Positions 49,624 through 61,883 of a DNA stretch of 64,000 nt are shown in pieces (the first letter of the stretch is position 1; each line of letters begins with the position of its first letter). A model generated the notes under the pieces. It saw only the letters and a program-made list of their open reading frames with translations, was not told where the DNA came from and ran no database searches. The stretch is from Macrostomum hystrix (Eukaryota > Animalia > Platyhelminthes). The DNA lies in assembly GCA_950097015.1 (NCBI GenBank), contig CATNEN010000001.1:5704001-5768000 (forward strand), in the 5' to 3' direction. A program made the translations under genes and the position numbers.

Positions 49624-50169
49624 GCGTCAAGACAATCAACTGGAAAGTCTAATTAAGAATCCGTTTGAGACAAAAATTGACAATGACTCAGGTTACTATA
49701 AGTAGCAGTTTTTGTTTGAATTAAGTACTCGTAATTTAATTTTTGAAGTCAGTCAATTGAAGTCAATATACTTTTTACTCATACCACTTAACTCAATAGT
49801 TATACTTGCAATAGTAAATCTCACTTATTAGAAGGAGAAAGAAGACAAAAAAATTAAAATTGTCGCAGTAAAACGGGAGGTGAAAAAATATACGTAAAAC
49901 TTAATTGCAGTGATTTCAAACTTCAAGCAGGGCCTCGTTATAACGATATAACTTGTAAATCACTGTGGCTTATAAAATTGATTTGTCCATCCAGAGTCTA
50001 AACAACTTTTACTCGTAAATATAATAAATTACAGATTCATACGCTTGTATAATATATACTTCAAGCAAGCAATTCTTAGAATGAATGAAGTTAATTATTG
50101 CATGGTGAATAAACGTTCAGTTCTTTGTTATTCCTGTTATTTTTCTGCTTATGGTTCTCCAGTCCCTGC

Positions 50170-53117
50170 TCAGAAGTAGTCGCACAGAGCCACGCCGCTG
50201 ATGCTGCTGTGGCTCTCGCTGCAGCAGCGTGGACTCCTGATGCCCAACCTGCCTAAACCGCTGTCGCTACTGCAGTCAGTCAGGTCCGTGACGAAGCCGC
50301 TGGAGTTAAAAGACGAATCGGACACCTTCTTGCTGACGGTCAAACTCGTAATGTTTTTTGGTACGATTTTTCTGTCATTTACGTTGCCGCCGCTTTTTCG
50401 AAGTCGAATGCGTAGAAGGATTAGTTCGTAGACGGCCTCGATCACTTCAAACAGCACCATCACGGACATGCCGAGGTAAAGGCCCAGAATGCCACCCGTG
50501 TCGCTAATGAAATTGCTAATCTTGTAAGCCCAGGTGCGAACGATTCGTCTAATACTGCCGCGGCTCACGCTGAAGTGCAGTCGAACGAATGCCTCGTCCA
50601 GGTAGTCGTTGAGAATACGCTCATCTCTGCGGCTGGCATTCAGGAGGCTCCGATTGGCCAGATCGAAGAGGAACGACAAGCCGGGCTGCTTGGCAAGGCT
50701 GTCGCACTCGCCGCGCAGGCTTTGCACGAATCGAGCCGACGACTGGCGCCCGGGGAATCTGGCGCTTGAGATCTCAGCTTTGTACCTTACCTGAGGAGGT
50801 TGTAGTGAACAGGCCTGACTTACTGATCCGATCTTAATACGAACTAGTGATAATAGTGGCTGAGGGTACCAGTCAACCCGATGCTAGAGAGGTGGCGATT
50901 CTGCTCATTCCAATTATCCCTTGATCCCTGACACACTCATAATTTAGTGTACACCTGACCCGACTTTCTCTCATTGGCAGGTAATCTACAATCTTGCCGC
51001 TCTTTCTGTGCTTTTTGGGTTGGCCCTCATGGATGCGAATTGCATGACAAGAAAAAAACTAATAAAAATCTCACCTCACTGCACGCGCTGCGATGTACAC
51101 AGCGTTGCACCACCTTTTTACCGATGTCCAAGCTCAGAGCCGAGCCATTGTGGAACACCAATTCAACCAGCTGCTCCACCTCAGCCTGTTTTAGACCGGT
51201 TATGTTGTAGACGTACTCGAGCTCAAACGGCAGCTGACTCAAGCTGCGATTAAACAGCCGGGGATTTCTGCTGCATTTCCGCTGCCACTCTGCTACAACG
51301 CAGGCGAAGTAGCTGTAATGGTAGCTCTGCATGCTGCCATCGTATGGATCCCGGAAGTGGGGCCGTTGCATTCCCCACTTTTCTGGCGAGTTTTCATTGA
51401 CGCATTCGCCTGGAAACTCCTCCGGGTCGCGATAGTCCTCCTCGGCATGCAGACTGATCTGATGGTAAGCACCCGGAGACAAGAGGAAGTTGGCTACAAA
51501 CTGGCTCGGGTACTGACCCGGAGGCGCCAGGAACACTCGAAGACCCGGGCTGATGTAGGCAGGCGATTCTGATAATGACCTGCGCAACAATAATAAAAAT
51601 AATTGCAAGAAGGCTGCGCGCGGGCAGTGGCACACCATTTAATTTGGTGACACTAGACCCGCAGCCAGCCAGGAGGTGATTCTGCCCACTTCGCTGACTC
51701 CTGAGCAAACACGCAAACAGATACCGTACGTAGGCATACGCTCACACAGGTGTGTACATCTTCCCTGACTTTCTCATCGTCAGGCAGTGTACACTCTTAC
51801 TTTGGAGGTTGGCCCTCAAGTGCGTAAATCGCACGACAAGGTCCCAAGCCTTCTCTCTGCGGCTGCGCCCCAAATGAATGTGGCCTCGCCATGGAATCGA
51901 ACTTTAAGACCTTGGTGCGAGAGGTAAACGCGTCAACCGCTCTGCCACCGACCCCCGTGACCTGTGCAATAGATGGACTTATGAATTACTCTGCAACGAA
52001 AACTGTCTTAAAGGCCTAAAGCAAGCCTCAATTCTCACCAGTCCCACAGTTGCATGGTCTCGCTACCGTCCGGCATATAGAGAGAGCGCACTTGCTTCTG
52101 AGTTTTCCACATACTTTGCAAGCGCTCATTAGGCGGATCGAGAAACATCAGCAGTTCAACACCCGTGTTAGAATCCGAGCTGGTGCATCGAAGTGCATCG
52201 GCGGCTTCTCGGGAGAGCTGGATGCGGAAGCAGGACGGATGCGCGTGATGATGGAACTCGCTCACTGGCACTGTGCGACCCTCTTCTCCGTCGACCGGAA
52301 CAGTGCTGCGAAACTGCGCGTAGATGATGCTCTGGCTTTTGCGAGCTCCGAGCCAGTCGGCCCACAGGCGATACGGCAGAGAATAGATTGCGTACCGCGA
52401 GGCCCAGTGAGCAATGTACTTTTGCTGACTTGTGGAGTTCACTACTCTATTTAGTACGGGGTGAATTATTTTCATTGTTGCGTCCAGGCGGCTGTTGATC
52501 TCCTCAACCTTCGGCGATTGTAAAATGAGCGGTACAAAGATGCATATAATACATTGAATTGGATTTGAAAGTTTATTGTGTACCGAGTTTGTAGCCGTTC
52601 GGTTAGAGCTTCGGGCTTCTGACCAATAGGTCAGGAGTTAGATTTTTTGCCTAATTCACACAGCTGTAAAATGGCTACCATAATTTACCTGCGAATCGTT
52701 AAGCTCCATATGATAAGAGCCTGACACTGGGTGGTTGTTGCACAAGTACACGTCGGGAAACTTGAACTCGCCGCTCTGGTCGAAGTAAGTGGCGACCTTC
52801 CCGGCCATCAGACGTTCGAAAATCAGTGTCAAATTGTACAGGAAGATACCGATGCACGCACAAAAAACGGTAGCCCACATTATGCGAACCCAGGTGTGCC
52901 TTGCCCTAACTATGCGAGCCAGGCCATGAGCGTACGAGCGTCTCATAGCCGCCACAACCAGAGGCACAACCTCAGATCGTATCGATGGCTCATTCAGTTG
53001 TTGTTCTTGCTGTTGATGCTGCTGCTGCTGCTCAAGCTGCTGCTGCTGCTGCCGCTGCTGCTTTTGTTCCAGCTGCGGCTGCTTCTTATGACGCCGTTCA
53101 CGTCTTGTCTTCTCCAT
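50170..53117 (-). CDS. DEG/ENaC (amiloride-sensitive) channel subunit, ~674 aa
   Basis: Exons 53117-52689, 52508-52039, 51579-51075 and 50790-50170 in phase. Pre-TM1 HG, TM1 W, FPDVYLCN, Cys-rich thumb, TM2 SDTGGILGLYLGMSVMVLFEVIE. Start codon uncertain (frame is open to 53327). Confidence 0.92.
51588..51957 (-). mobile_element. SINE family B, full length, in DEG/ENaC intron 2
   Basis: A box TGGCAGAGCGG, B box GTTCGATTC, 3' stem-loop and (ATT)n tail; TSD at 51576-51587 / 51958-51969 (11/12 identical). Confidence 0.9.
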
Positions 53118-54796
53118 TTTCTCCGAACTATTCGACCCGAAGCGAAAGAGAGCACAGTTTTCTAGATTTTTCGATGAATTTATACACGCGGCAGATCCCG
53201 CAGCAATCTTGGACTTCAACTCCTGGCCTGTTCTAGTTAGCAGTATGTTTGTCCAAAGCAAATCTTTCCTCCGATAACATATTACAATATGCAGTCTCAT
53301 GATTTTCATCATGTTCTTTGCCGACAATCAGCACGCTATAAATAACGATACCGAACGATTTTTTCTTGGCTTTTTCTAGGCTGTTGGGCTGGCGAGCTGT
53401 CAACCAGCTGATAAGAAATTAAGGAATTAAATCAATGACCTGCACCTGAAAATTTCCGAGTATAAAAATACGAAAAATTACGTTGTATCAATTGTAAAAC
53501 GTCGTTTTCTGTCACACAAGATCTGACTAAAAAGGGAATTAAATGTTATTTAACAGTAGATAGATCCCAAACAGAATGATCGATTTTCGTGAAAGTCCAC
53601 GTATGGTTAAAAATGTATGGCCTTTACGATGAACTAACTTTTAAAACCGTCCGACGTCAGCATCGTCCAGACATTCAGCTAACATTGTCTTTAACAAATT
53701 TTTAGTAATAGTCAACACAATATATTCAGCAGTAACAACCGACATTGTTTGAATGATAAAACTTTGTAAGCAGAAAAATTATGCATAAATTGGTTGCTCT
53801 TGCCACCCGAAAACCTGACGAAAATCGTTGAATATCTCGACGATGCCGATGTTTTGTGATTCTGAAAGTTATTTCATCTGATAGAGCGGAAAAGTTAAGC
53901 CTGTGTTCTGGACTTTCATGACGATTGGCTGAATAAAAAAGGTGGTATTTGAGATACCACCGTAGTCTTTCTACCGTTACGCTCAATCATTTAGCAAGCT
54001 ATTTAGCTGGAGTAAAAAACTACACAGAAAATATAGTCTTTACTTTCTGAGTGATCATATTCGAATACGCTGTAGTAAAAAACGCAGAGCTCAATGCCTT
54101 CCGATTTCATCACTGGTTTGCACTATTTCGTCATACAAAGCAGCAGAAAATAGCAGTTGGCTATTTTTTTGCCGTCGCTTTGATAACACTCGTTCGAGTG
54201 CTAGAAACACCAAACTTAACCGGTTTGTTTGCACACCCCCTTCCTAGACGACGCACTCTAAATTTCTTTGTCATGTTTGAGTAATAGTAGGTTAGGATTT
54301 TCTCAACATTAACATTACAACGGCGTGTAATGTTAACGGCGGCCTGATAGCGCGAGCTCCCGCTGTAATAACATTAACTCTAAAAAATTCTTAAAAAACA
54401 TTGCTATGTGCTGCGCGATTGGCAGAGTGAGAAGTCGGGGCGAAGCCCCCACTTCCTATAATAAATAAAAATGTTTGACTAAGCTATTCCTTGAATGTGG
54501 TCTGCTTAACTTTAGTCTATGAACTAGAGCGACATTAATCCGCGAAAGGACATTAACGCGCATGCTACGTGCGTCCAAATGTCACCAAAAGTACACAGTA
54601 ATTAATGATACAATTAGGCAATATTTTTTCAGTTTTTATTTTGTCTATGGTTAAGAAGAAGTATAACGCAGAAGACCTAAAATGGCTAAAGATACTTGAC
54701 TATTGAATTTATAGTCCGATAGATGCGCAGCAAGAATTTATAAGTAATATTATAGCTAAATAAATACCAATTCTAGCTTAAAAGAATCTTAAAGGC

Positions 54797-57700
54797 ATGG
54801 AAAAGTCTCAGGACTATCTGTTCAACAGTGCCCAACGCAAGATGCTGATGTCTCTATTTGACGAATTTGATGCCGAAAACCGATCATCATTGTCGCCTCA
54901 CCTAAGTCCATTGGATATTGATGACTATGATTCCGACGACCTCGATGACAATTCAACAATCGAAATGGAATTGGATTGTCCTGACTCAGCTATTTCCAAG
55001 AGCTCCGGGGTTAACAATCGGCATGGGGAACGTCTAAGTGGAAGCAGGAGCAAGCAGATGCCTTCCATGACAAAAACTGACTGGTAAAATGGATCTTCTG
55101 TGATAATACAGTTACACCTAGCGATTTGGCCAGATTTATAGCAACTGATCCGTTGACTTGGGGGTGTCGCCTCACTTTGCCCAATATCTACCCCAGCTGA
55201 TACTAATATTCACTTTACGGCCGAAAACAGGCAAAAATTAATTGTCCTGCTCAATGACACAATTAAAATGAACTTAAAACTAAACTTGAACAATTAGTTG
55301 CTAAAGTTTACATTCACGCCTTTTCTTGCAGTATTGAAGGAGCAAGGGTTGCTACTAAGACTAACAGCTCAGAATTCAGCATTGCCAGTTGGTGTCCTAA
55401 CATGATGGGCCAACACCAGGCTAACACAATGCCCCTGCATTCTGTTCCGAACTCAAAAATGCAGAGAACTGTCCCTGATGTTATGAGCTTTAGCAGCTCC
55501 GTGCAGCTGGAATCGGCAGTTGACTCAGTATCGACGATACAGGCAACAGAAGTCTTCAAAGCCGGCGCGAAGTCTAAAATTCGCAGCAATGAAAACTGTA
55601 AAATTAAAGAAACGCCGGACAACAAACAAAGCACAGTGACGCAGGATGGTGTGGATAGTGGCTCAGTCAGTCAGAAGAAGCGTCGCCGGCGCACTAAAAA
55701 GAAGAAGCTGCGGCGAGCTCAACAGCCGCTATCGGCTCAACAGGAGGCCATTAAGACAGAGCTGTTCTCACAGTACCTGTGCTCTGGCTTATCGGCTGAC
55801 GAACAGAATGAGAATTTGCGATGCCTGCTCAGGACAACGCAGAATCGCAGCTTCTGCATTAGGGTATGCGGGGGTCGGTGGCAGAGCGGTTAACGCGTTG
55901 GCCTCTCGCACCAAGGTCCCTAAGTTCGATTCCACGGCAAGGCCACATTTATTTGGGGCGCAGCCGTGGAGAGAAGGCTTGGGGGCTTGTCGTGCAATTT
56001 ACGCCCTTGAGGGCCAACCTCCAAGGCACAGTAAAGAGCACACTGCCTAGATGAGACTAGACGATGAGAAATTCATGGCAGATGTACACACCTATGTTAG
56101 GGCATGCCTGTGTACTGTATCTCTGTGTGCATGTGAGCTCAGGAGTCAGCGAAATGGGCAGAATTGCCTCCTCGCTGGCTGCGGGTCTAGTATCACTAAA
56201 TGTGCCATTGCCCGCAGCCCTCCTGCGATTATTATTATTAATATTAATTAGGGTAAGGTGCAAACATAGCCTTTCACCAGTTTAAATTTTTCAGTTAAAA
56301 CCTAAAAACTTTATTTCAAGTTTTCAATTTTAAAAGTGTGGAGCAAACTTTCTTTCAACATCTCATACAGTCTGACCAGCGCAAAAGCTTCACGGATTTG
56401 AAGCTGATGGCCAATCGGCGCGAATTCCCGATACGCGTCAACAGAACAACCCAGCTGCGGCTGCAACGGCTTGAAGCCGCCAAAGATCTGCGAGTTAAAC
56501 AGGCGTTGCATCTGACTCGACATCTCAGCGAAGACAGACAGCAGAAACTGCGTCAGCAACGTCTAGAGCGCAAGCAGGCAGAGCTAAGAGATAGCGAGAA
56601 GCGTCGCAACGCCGCGGAGGCAGCAAGGATTTCCGAGCTGGAACGCAGCGAACTGCGACGTCGGGCGATGCTGCAGCATCGACAGAGGAACCGGAATGCT
56701 GTGGGCGTTTCAAACAGCAGCATGAGTGTAAGCCGCTGCGTCACAATGTCTAGTCCTAGTGGCACTAGAACAAGTTCCGATTCGGAAACGACTGTATCGT
56801 TGAATACTGTAAACATGGCGCTGGATGACGAAATCGAGGCTGTTAGGAGGGCCAAAATATTTTCGGATGAAGACGAGGATTCTTCAAAGAGCTTGCGAAA
56901 AAATCAACCAAAGCGTCGTCTGCGATCTCGAAATACTGGCACAACAGCTAGCAGCGTCAGTAGATGCAATGAGATTGAAAAGGTTGCATCGAGCTGCTCT
57001 GGTGATGTCGCATCTGCAGCGTCTGAATCTGTGGTGTTGCAAGAGCTGGAGAAACGGCAGACACAGCGATGCTTTCAGAAACAGTTGACTCCACAGAAGA
57101 CGACAGAATCAAGTTTGTAAGTTCTTTTGCTGTCATTTGCAATGATCGGCGATTGTTTTGACTGTTAATTATTTTATCAATGGCAGTAGTTTAATATTAC
57201 TATGCTGTCCTCCGCTTAAAAAACAGCGCGCAGAATCAGCGAGAGAGCAAAGAGAATGAGCAATACACGCAGCAAATTCAGTTGCAGCAAACTGGAGACA
57301 GCGATGTATTAGGAAGATCTATTAGCGAGGATCCGCCACTGGCCAATGATTTAGTATCTTCTAAAGCGTCAACAGATCTAAAGGCTATTGGTGAGCCTAC
57401 TGTTTACTAAAATATATTATTAATGCCGAACATTAATTCTTTCTTTTTTATATCTGCAGCGCTCGACCGACTTCGCAGCGACTTTTTGGATGGCGTCGAA
57501 GCCCGGCTGTTTGACGCAGCATCTGCGGCAGCGCATGACGACACTGCTGCGGACTCGGGAGATCTTACCTATTTGAGTGAACAGCTGTTTGCTGAGTTTA
57601 CTGCGCTCAAAGGTGACCTGGCCAGACTGTTGGGCGCCAAGATGCAGTGTGAGTACAATTTCTTAGCTACAAGAAAAATATTGGGTTTCTATAGCTTTAG

Positions 57701-60700
57701 GTTTGCAGTACAGTATGTAATTTGCAGTTACTCAGATTTTTCAGGAAGAGGATGATTTTGGTTCCAATAAGTTATAATAATCTAATCCTATTTATGATTT
57801 AGACTTCATTGATATCTCGGCAGATAGTAGTTTTATTTTAATTTCATATGTGTCCTTGAGTAAGTCACTTTATTCAGTACAGTATGGCAGCCTTCTCAGT
57901 ACACGGACTATACATTTAGTTGTACACAGCTTTTGGAAGCCCTTCTGAATAGCTGCGGCTATTGTTGATGTTGCTAAATTTGATCCAACTGGGCTGGGTC
58001 TAATTTATATTTCATTTTTTAACCTTTTTGCTTTTATTTCTTACCGCCCTGTCCTTACTTCAGCCATAAGTGGAGATTTATCGCCATCTTTGCAAGCCGA
58101 ACAGATCACAGAAAATCAGCGCCAACTGAATGATAAATTGCAGCAATTAGGCAGCCTTATCAAACGGCTGATGAAGCATACGGAGTCCAATGGCGGCTGC
58201 AGCAGCATCAGCAGCGGATGTCCAGGCGTTAGCGGGCTGGCTGGGACGCCGACTGCAGAGAAGGACAAGCTTAATGTGCGGATACTTTTCAGCAGTAGAA
58301 AGACCACACTAATCCCCCCACTGGGGAAAGACCATGAAGGGGATATTTCGAGTACCCACTGCCTAATTCACGAAAAATGAAAAAAAAGCATCCGCCCTTG
58401 AACATAAACTAATTTTAAAATTTTAAAATTTAAAAATCGTCCAAGTCAGATATTCCTATATTTGTGGTTCTTGCCACCAGAAATTCCGATGAGAATCGTT
58501 GAAAATCTCGACGATGCCGATGTTTTGTGATTGAAGTTGTTTAAACGGATAGAGAGGAAAATTTTAGCCAATTTTTTTTTAATTTAATGGCGATTGGTTA
58601 TATATTATAGGAGATGCAGAAACAGGAAACAAGATCTACTGTTAATGGGGTTCTTTACTAACTTTAAATTCTATTCGTACTAAGCTTTTTCATTCGTTTA
58701 GTTCGCCGCATTGATCAGCTCGGACAAGCCAGGCAAAGCAACACCCGCTTGCTCACCTCTGGTTGACTTATCATTGGCTGAGACCTACATGGCTTGCGAG
58801 AACCCAACGCCGGAGACTAGTAAGTCTTGTGATTCCGGTTCCCGATTCCGGTTCCCGATTCCGGTTCCCGATTCCGGTTCCCGATTCCGGTTCCCGATTC
58901 CGGTTCCCGATTCCGGTTCCCGATTCCGGTTCCCGATTCCGGTTCCCGATTCCGGTTCCCGATTCAAGTAAATTAACGAACTTAAGATTAAATGTCTCGC
59001 TTTATCCTCTTTTATTTCAGTTCGTCATGTGTCTGACGAAATATACAACACCGTCAATCCTTTTCCTTCAGTGTAAGAGTGTGCAGTCATGTTAATCTGT
59101 ATATCATTTAACTAAAAAAGGCAATTTAAATCATTTTCTCTTAACACGAAATGCGACAGGGACGGTGTTGCAATTCGGAAAACACCTTCGGAAGAAACCC
59201 CAGTATCGACTGACTCGACATATTCAGAACGGCCATCCACTGGTGATCCGGATCAACCTGATGAGACTGCTAGAAGAATTATTGCTCAGCTGCGTCAAAA
59301 ACTTGACATTATGCGTCGCGCCTCCCAGGCCATTTGGCCGTCGCAAACGCTGCCACAGCCGCAGCAGTCTGAGCAGACACTCGGGCAGCAACGGCAGCTG
59401 CCATGTCGCTTGAAGAGTCTCGGCGATCCTCTGGCAGCCATGGAGCATCGAAGGCGTCTATCGAGACAGCGCGCAGTGGAGCGAGACCCATCGGAGGCCC
59501 GATTTTTTCCCGTGATGTTTCGGTTTCGCAAGTGGCGTCACGATGCGCCCCAGTTTCAAGTATTCACGAATAATCGAAGCAGTTGGAAAAGTGAGTGCTT
59601 TCTCAGTGCATCAAACTTTGCTTTCACAGTGATATGATATGCTTTCATAGTGATATGCTTTCACAGTAGTGATAGCATATCACTATTCGCTATAACTATT
59701 TTATAACTATTTTATCACTATAACTATTCACTTTAATTACTATTTTATAATCATTTCTTACTTTACAACAATAGACAATAAAGGTCAATAAGAAGCAGCG
59801 AGATGTGGCATTTCGTTGACAAGAGTTGTAAAAAGCTCAATTAAAAATGTTTTTTCATCGATGCGAGGTTCATTATTCCCATTCAGAGCGCTATCAGGAC
59901 TCGGTTCTGCCGTTGTGGACAAACTCGATCAGAGCTGACCTGTCCCAACTAGAGCCGATTGAGATCTCGCTGCAACTTCTAAGTAGTAGGCTAGGCAAGC
60001 CATTATCTCCCGAGTGGGTTCTGAGCACTACTGGTTTTGCCGACGATATCTGCCCAGGTAAGACCGGATCGGAGGATAGAGAATATAATAAATTAAAGTC
60101 ACTAAGGGGCATTTTGTTAGAACCAGATCAACTAACTGCGTTAGTCAACTCTCAACCCAGGTGGAGGAGCAGTCCTGAATCTGAGGCTAACTCCTGAGAA
60201 GGCCGGCCTGAGGCCCTGGCAGACCATCTTCGTTAGCGAGACCAACTTTACTCGACAACTCGCTTCTATTCCTGCCCGAACTGTCGGCGAAATTGGTCGA
60301 GCTGGCTTGCCAAGAAGTGACATTTTGAAGAGGCCAGCGGTAGGCCAGCAGGTACTTCAGGGCCAGCCTGCTCAGCTTCAGGCACTGGACACCGGGACGC
60401 TGCAAGCCGCCTTGGCATCAGCTCAGCGGACTCTAACTGCCACTTTACCGTCGAGCGAGAAGGCTGCGGAGTTGTCTGTAAAATCGGATGATTTAGAAAA
60501 ATGTCCCATGCCGATGTTGTCCAGCAATCCGGGTAGTGTCTACGATGCGCCATCTGTGCTGGCCAAATCAGCTGTCAGCGAGGAGAAGTCTGACGATTGT
60601 GTCACTTCGGTAGTTAAATCGATCCTGTCTACGTCGTGTGCGAGTTGTCGACAGTGCGCTTGCCAGCAACAGCAGCAGCATCAGACTCAACTGCCAGAAC

Positions 60701-61883
60701 AGCATCAACAACTAAAACAGCAACGGCGATCCCCTATGAAAGGCGACATCTACAGTGATAGCCTCAGGTGAGTTGCTTTTTTAATTCATTCTGGAAGAAA
60801 ATGTGTGCAAACAATAGTATAAAGGAGTATTTTAGGAAGTTGAATTTGTGCGCCTAATTTTTGCCTGTAGATTTTCGTCAGATTCACTCGCCATATCAAA
60901 CAGCATGCTGGGTCACCGGATGCTGTCAGCTGACAGAAGCGGCGACAGCAAACATTTTTTGATCGGCAACCAACCGATTCCAGCGAAGCGATCGAGTTTG
61001 CGTCGAGAAAGTCGAGGACACGCCAGTCATTTTGAAGTGAACGAATTTTCTACGAATCGTAGCGAGCAGCTTCAACAGTCGTTTCGTGAGTTTTACCTTA
61101 CTAAATTGTGCACGTCAAGTGGGTGATTCTCTGTAGCTTATTTGACGTTGTTAGCAAACAATGCTGCTGAAACTGATAGCTCTGCTATCAAGGAAAAATA
61201 ATTATACTTTCTGGAGAGCTATGAGCACAAGCACATCATTTGGTGACACTAGACCCGCAGCAAGCGCTGACTCCTAAACACATGCGCACACTATGTGTGT
61301 ACATCAACCCAGACTTTCTCAAGCAGTGAACACGTTTACTGTGCTTTGGAGTTTGGCCTACATTGATGAGAATTGCACTCAAGTCCCAATCCTTCTCTCC
61401 GCGGCTGCGCCCCGAAACACGCCAACGAAAGCCACTGTAACTACTACCTGAACTCAACACTTCTTTCATGCTCTGTTTTGATAGCGTAGCTTTGGACCTG
61501 CAGTTCGCAACGTCACACAGGCCAGCAGTTTGTGATTTCCAATACAGAAATGGGATAAGATGCGCCTATGATCTGGGCTTTAGATTATTGTAGTTTTTTG
61601 CTCCCTAAATTGTAGAATCGAATGTTCTTACGACAAGCATGCGACAGTTTGATTCAGCGGACGACACTTTAACTTCTTCTTGTTCGCGGCAGCAGCAGCA
61701 GCCGGGACTTGGCATCTACTCCATTTCGTCAAGCACCTGCAGAGTCGGTACAAATGCCACGTCGGTTGTCAGCATCCAGTCGTCGGCGCGTACCTGACTC
61801 AGGATACTCAGGATTCAGCAGCGACGCTGTCGGTTGGTGAAGCTGTGCAGCAAAGCATCAATTATCGAGGTTTGTCGTTTTAA
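54797..61883 (+). CDS. Large multi-exon gene for an unrecognised Ser/Gln-rich, partly coiled-coil protein
   Basis: Phase-consistent exons 54797-55083, 55332-55863 and 56371-57116. Further GT/AG-bounded coding-like blocks near 57.5, 58.1, 58.7, 59.3, 60.3, 60.9 and 61.7 kb were not fully resolved; the 3' end is uncertain. Confidence 0.55.
55869..56246 (+). mobile_element. SINE family B, full length
   Basis: CGGGGGTCGGTGGCAGAGCGG head, GTTCGATTC B box, (ATT)n tail; TSD ATTAGGGTA(T/A)G at 55858-55868 / 56247-56257. Confidence 0.9.
58830..58965. repeat. Intronic 13 bp minisatellite (GATTCCGGTTCCC)n, ~10 perfect copies
   Basis: Direct reading of the sequence. Confidence 0.97.
61236..61412 (-). 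mobile_element. SINE family B internal fragment
   Basis: TTTGGTGACACTAGACCCGCAG...CCTTCTCTCCGCGGCTGCGCCCC matches the 51.6 kb copy. Confidence 0.7.

Noticed and set aside
56155-56225. GCCTCCTCGCTGGC in SINE B, identical to the HDV P3/L3 core
   Set aside because: No P1 partner or J1/4 GG, and not conserved in other copies; better explained as flanking the SINE 3' stem-loop.
58711-59095. DSGSRFRFPIPVP repeat ORFs
   Set aside because: Read-through into a 13 bp intronic minisatellite beyond the donor at ~58820.
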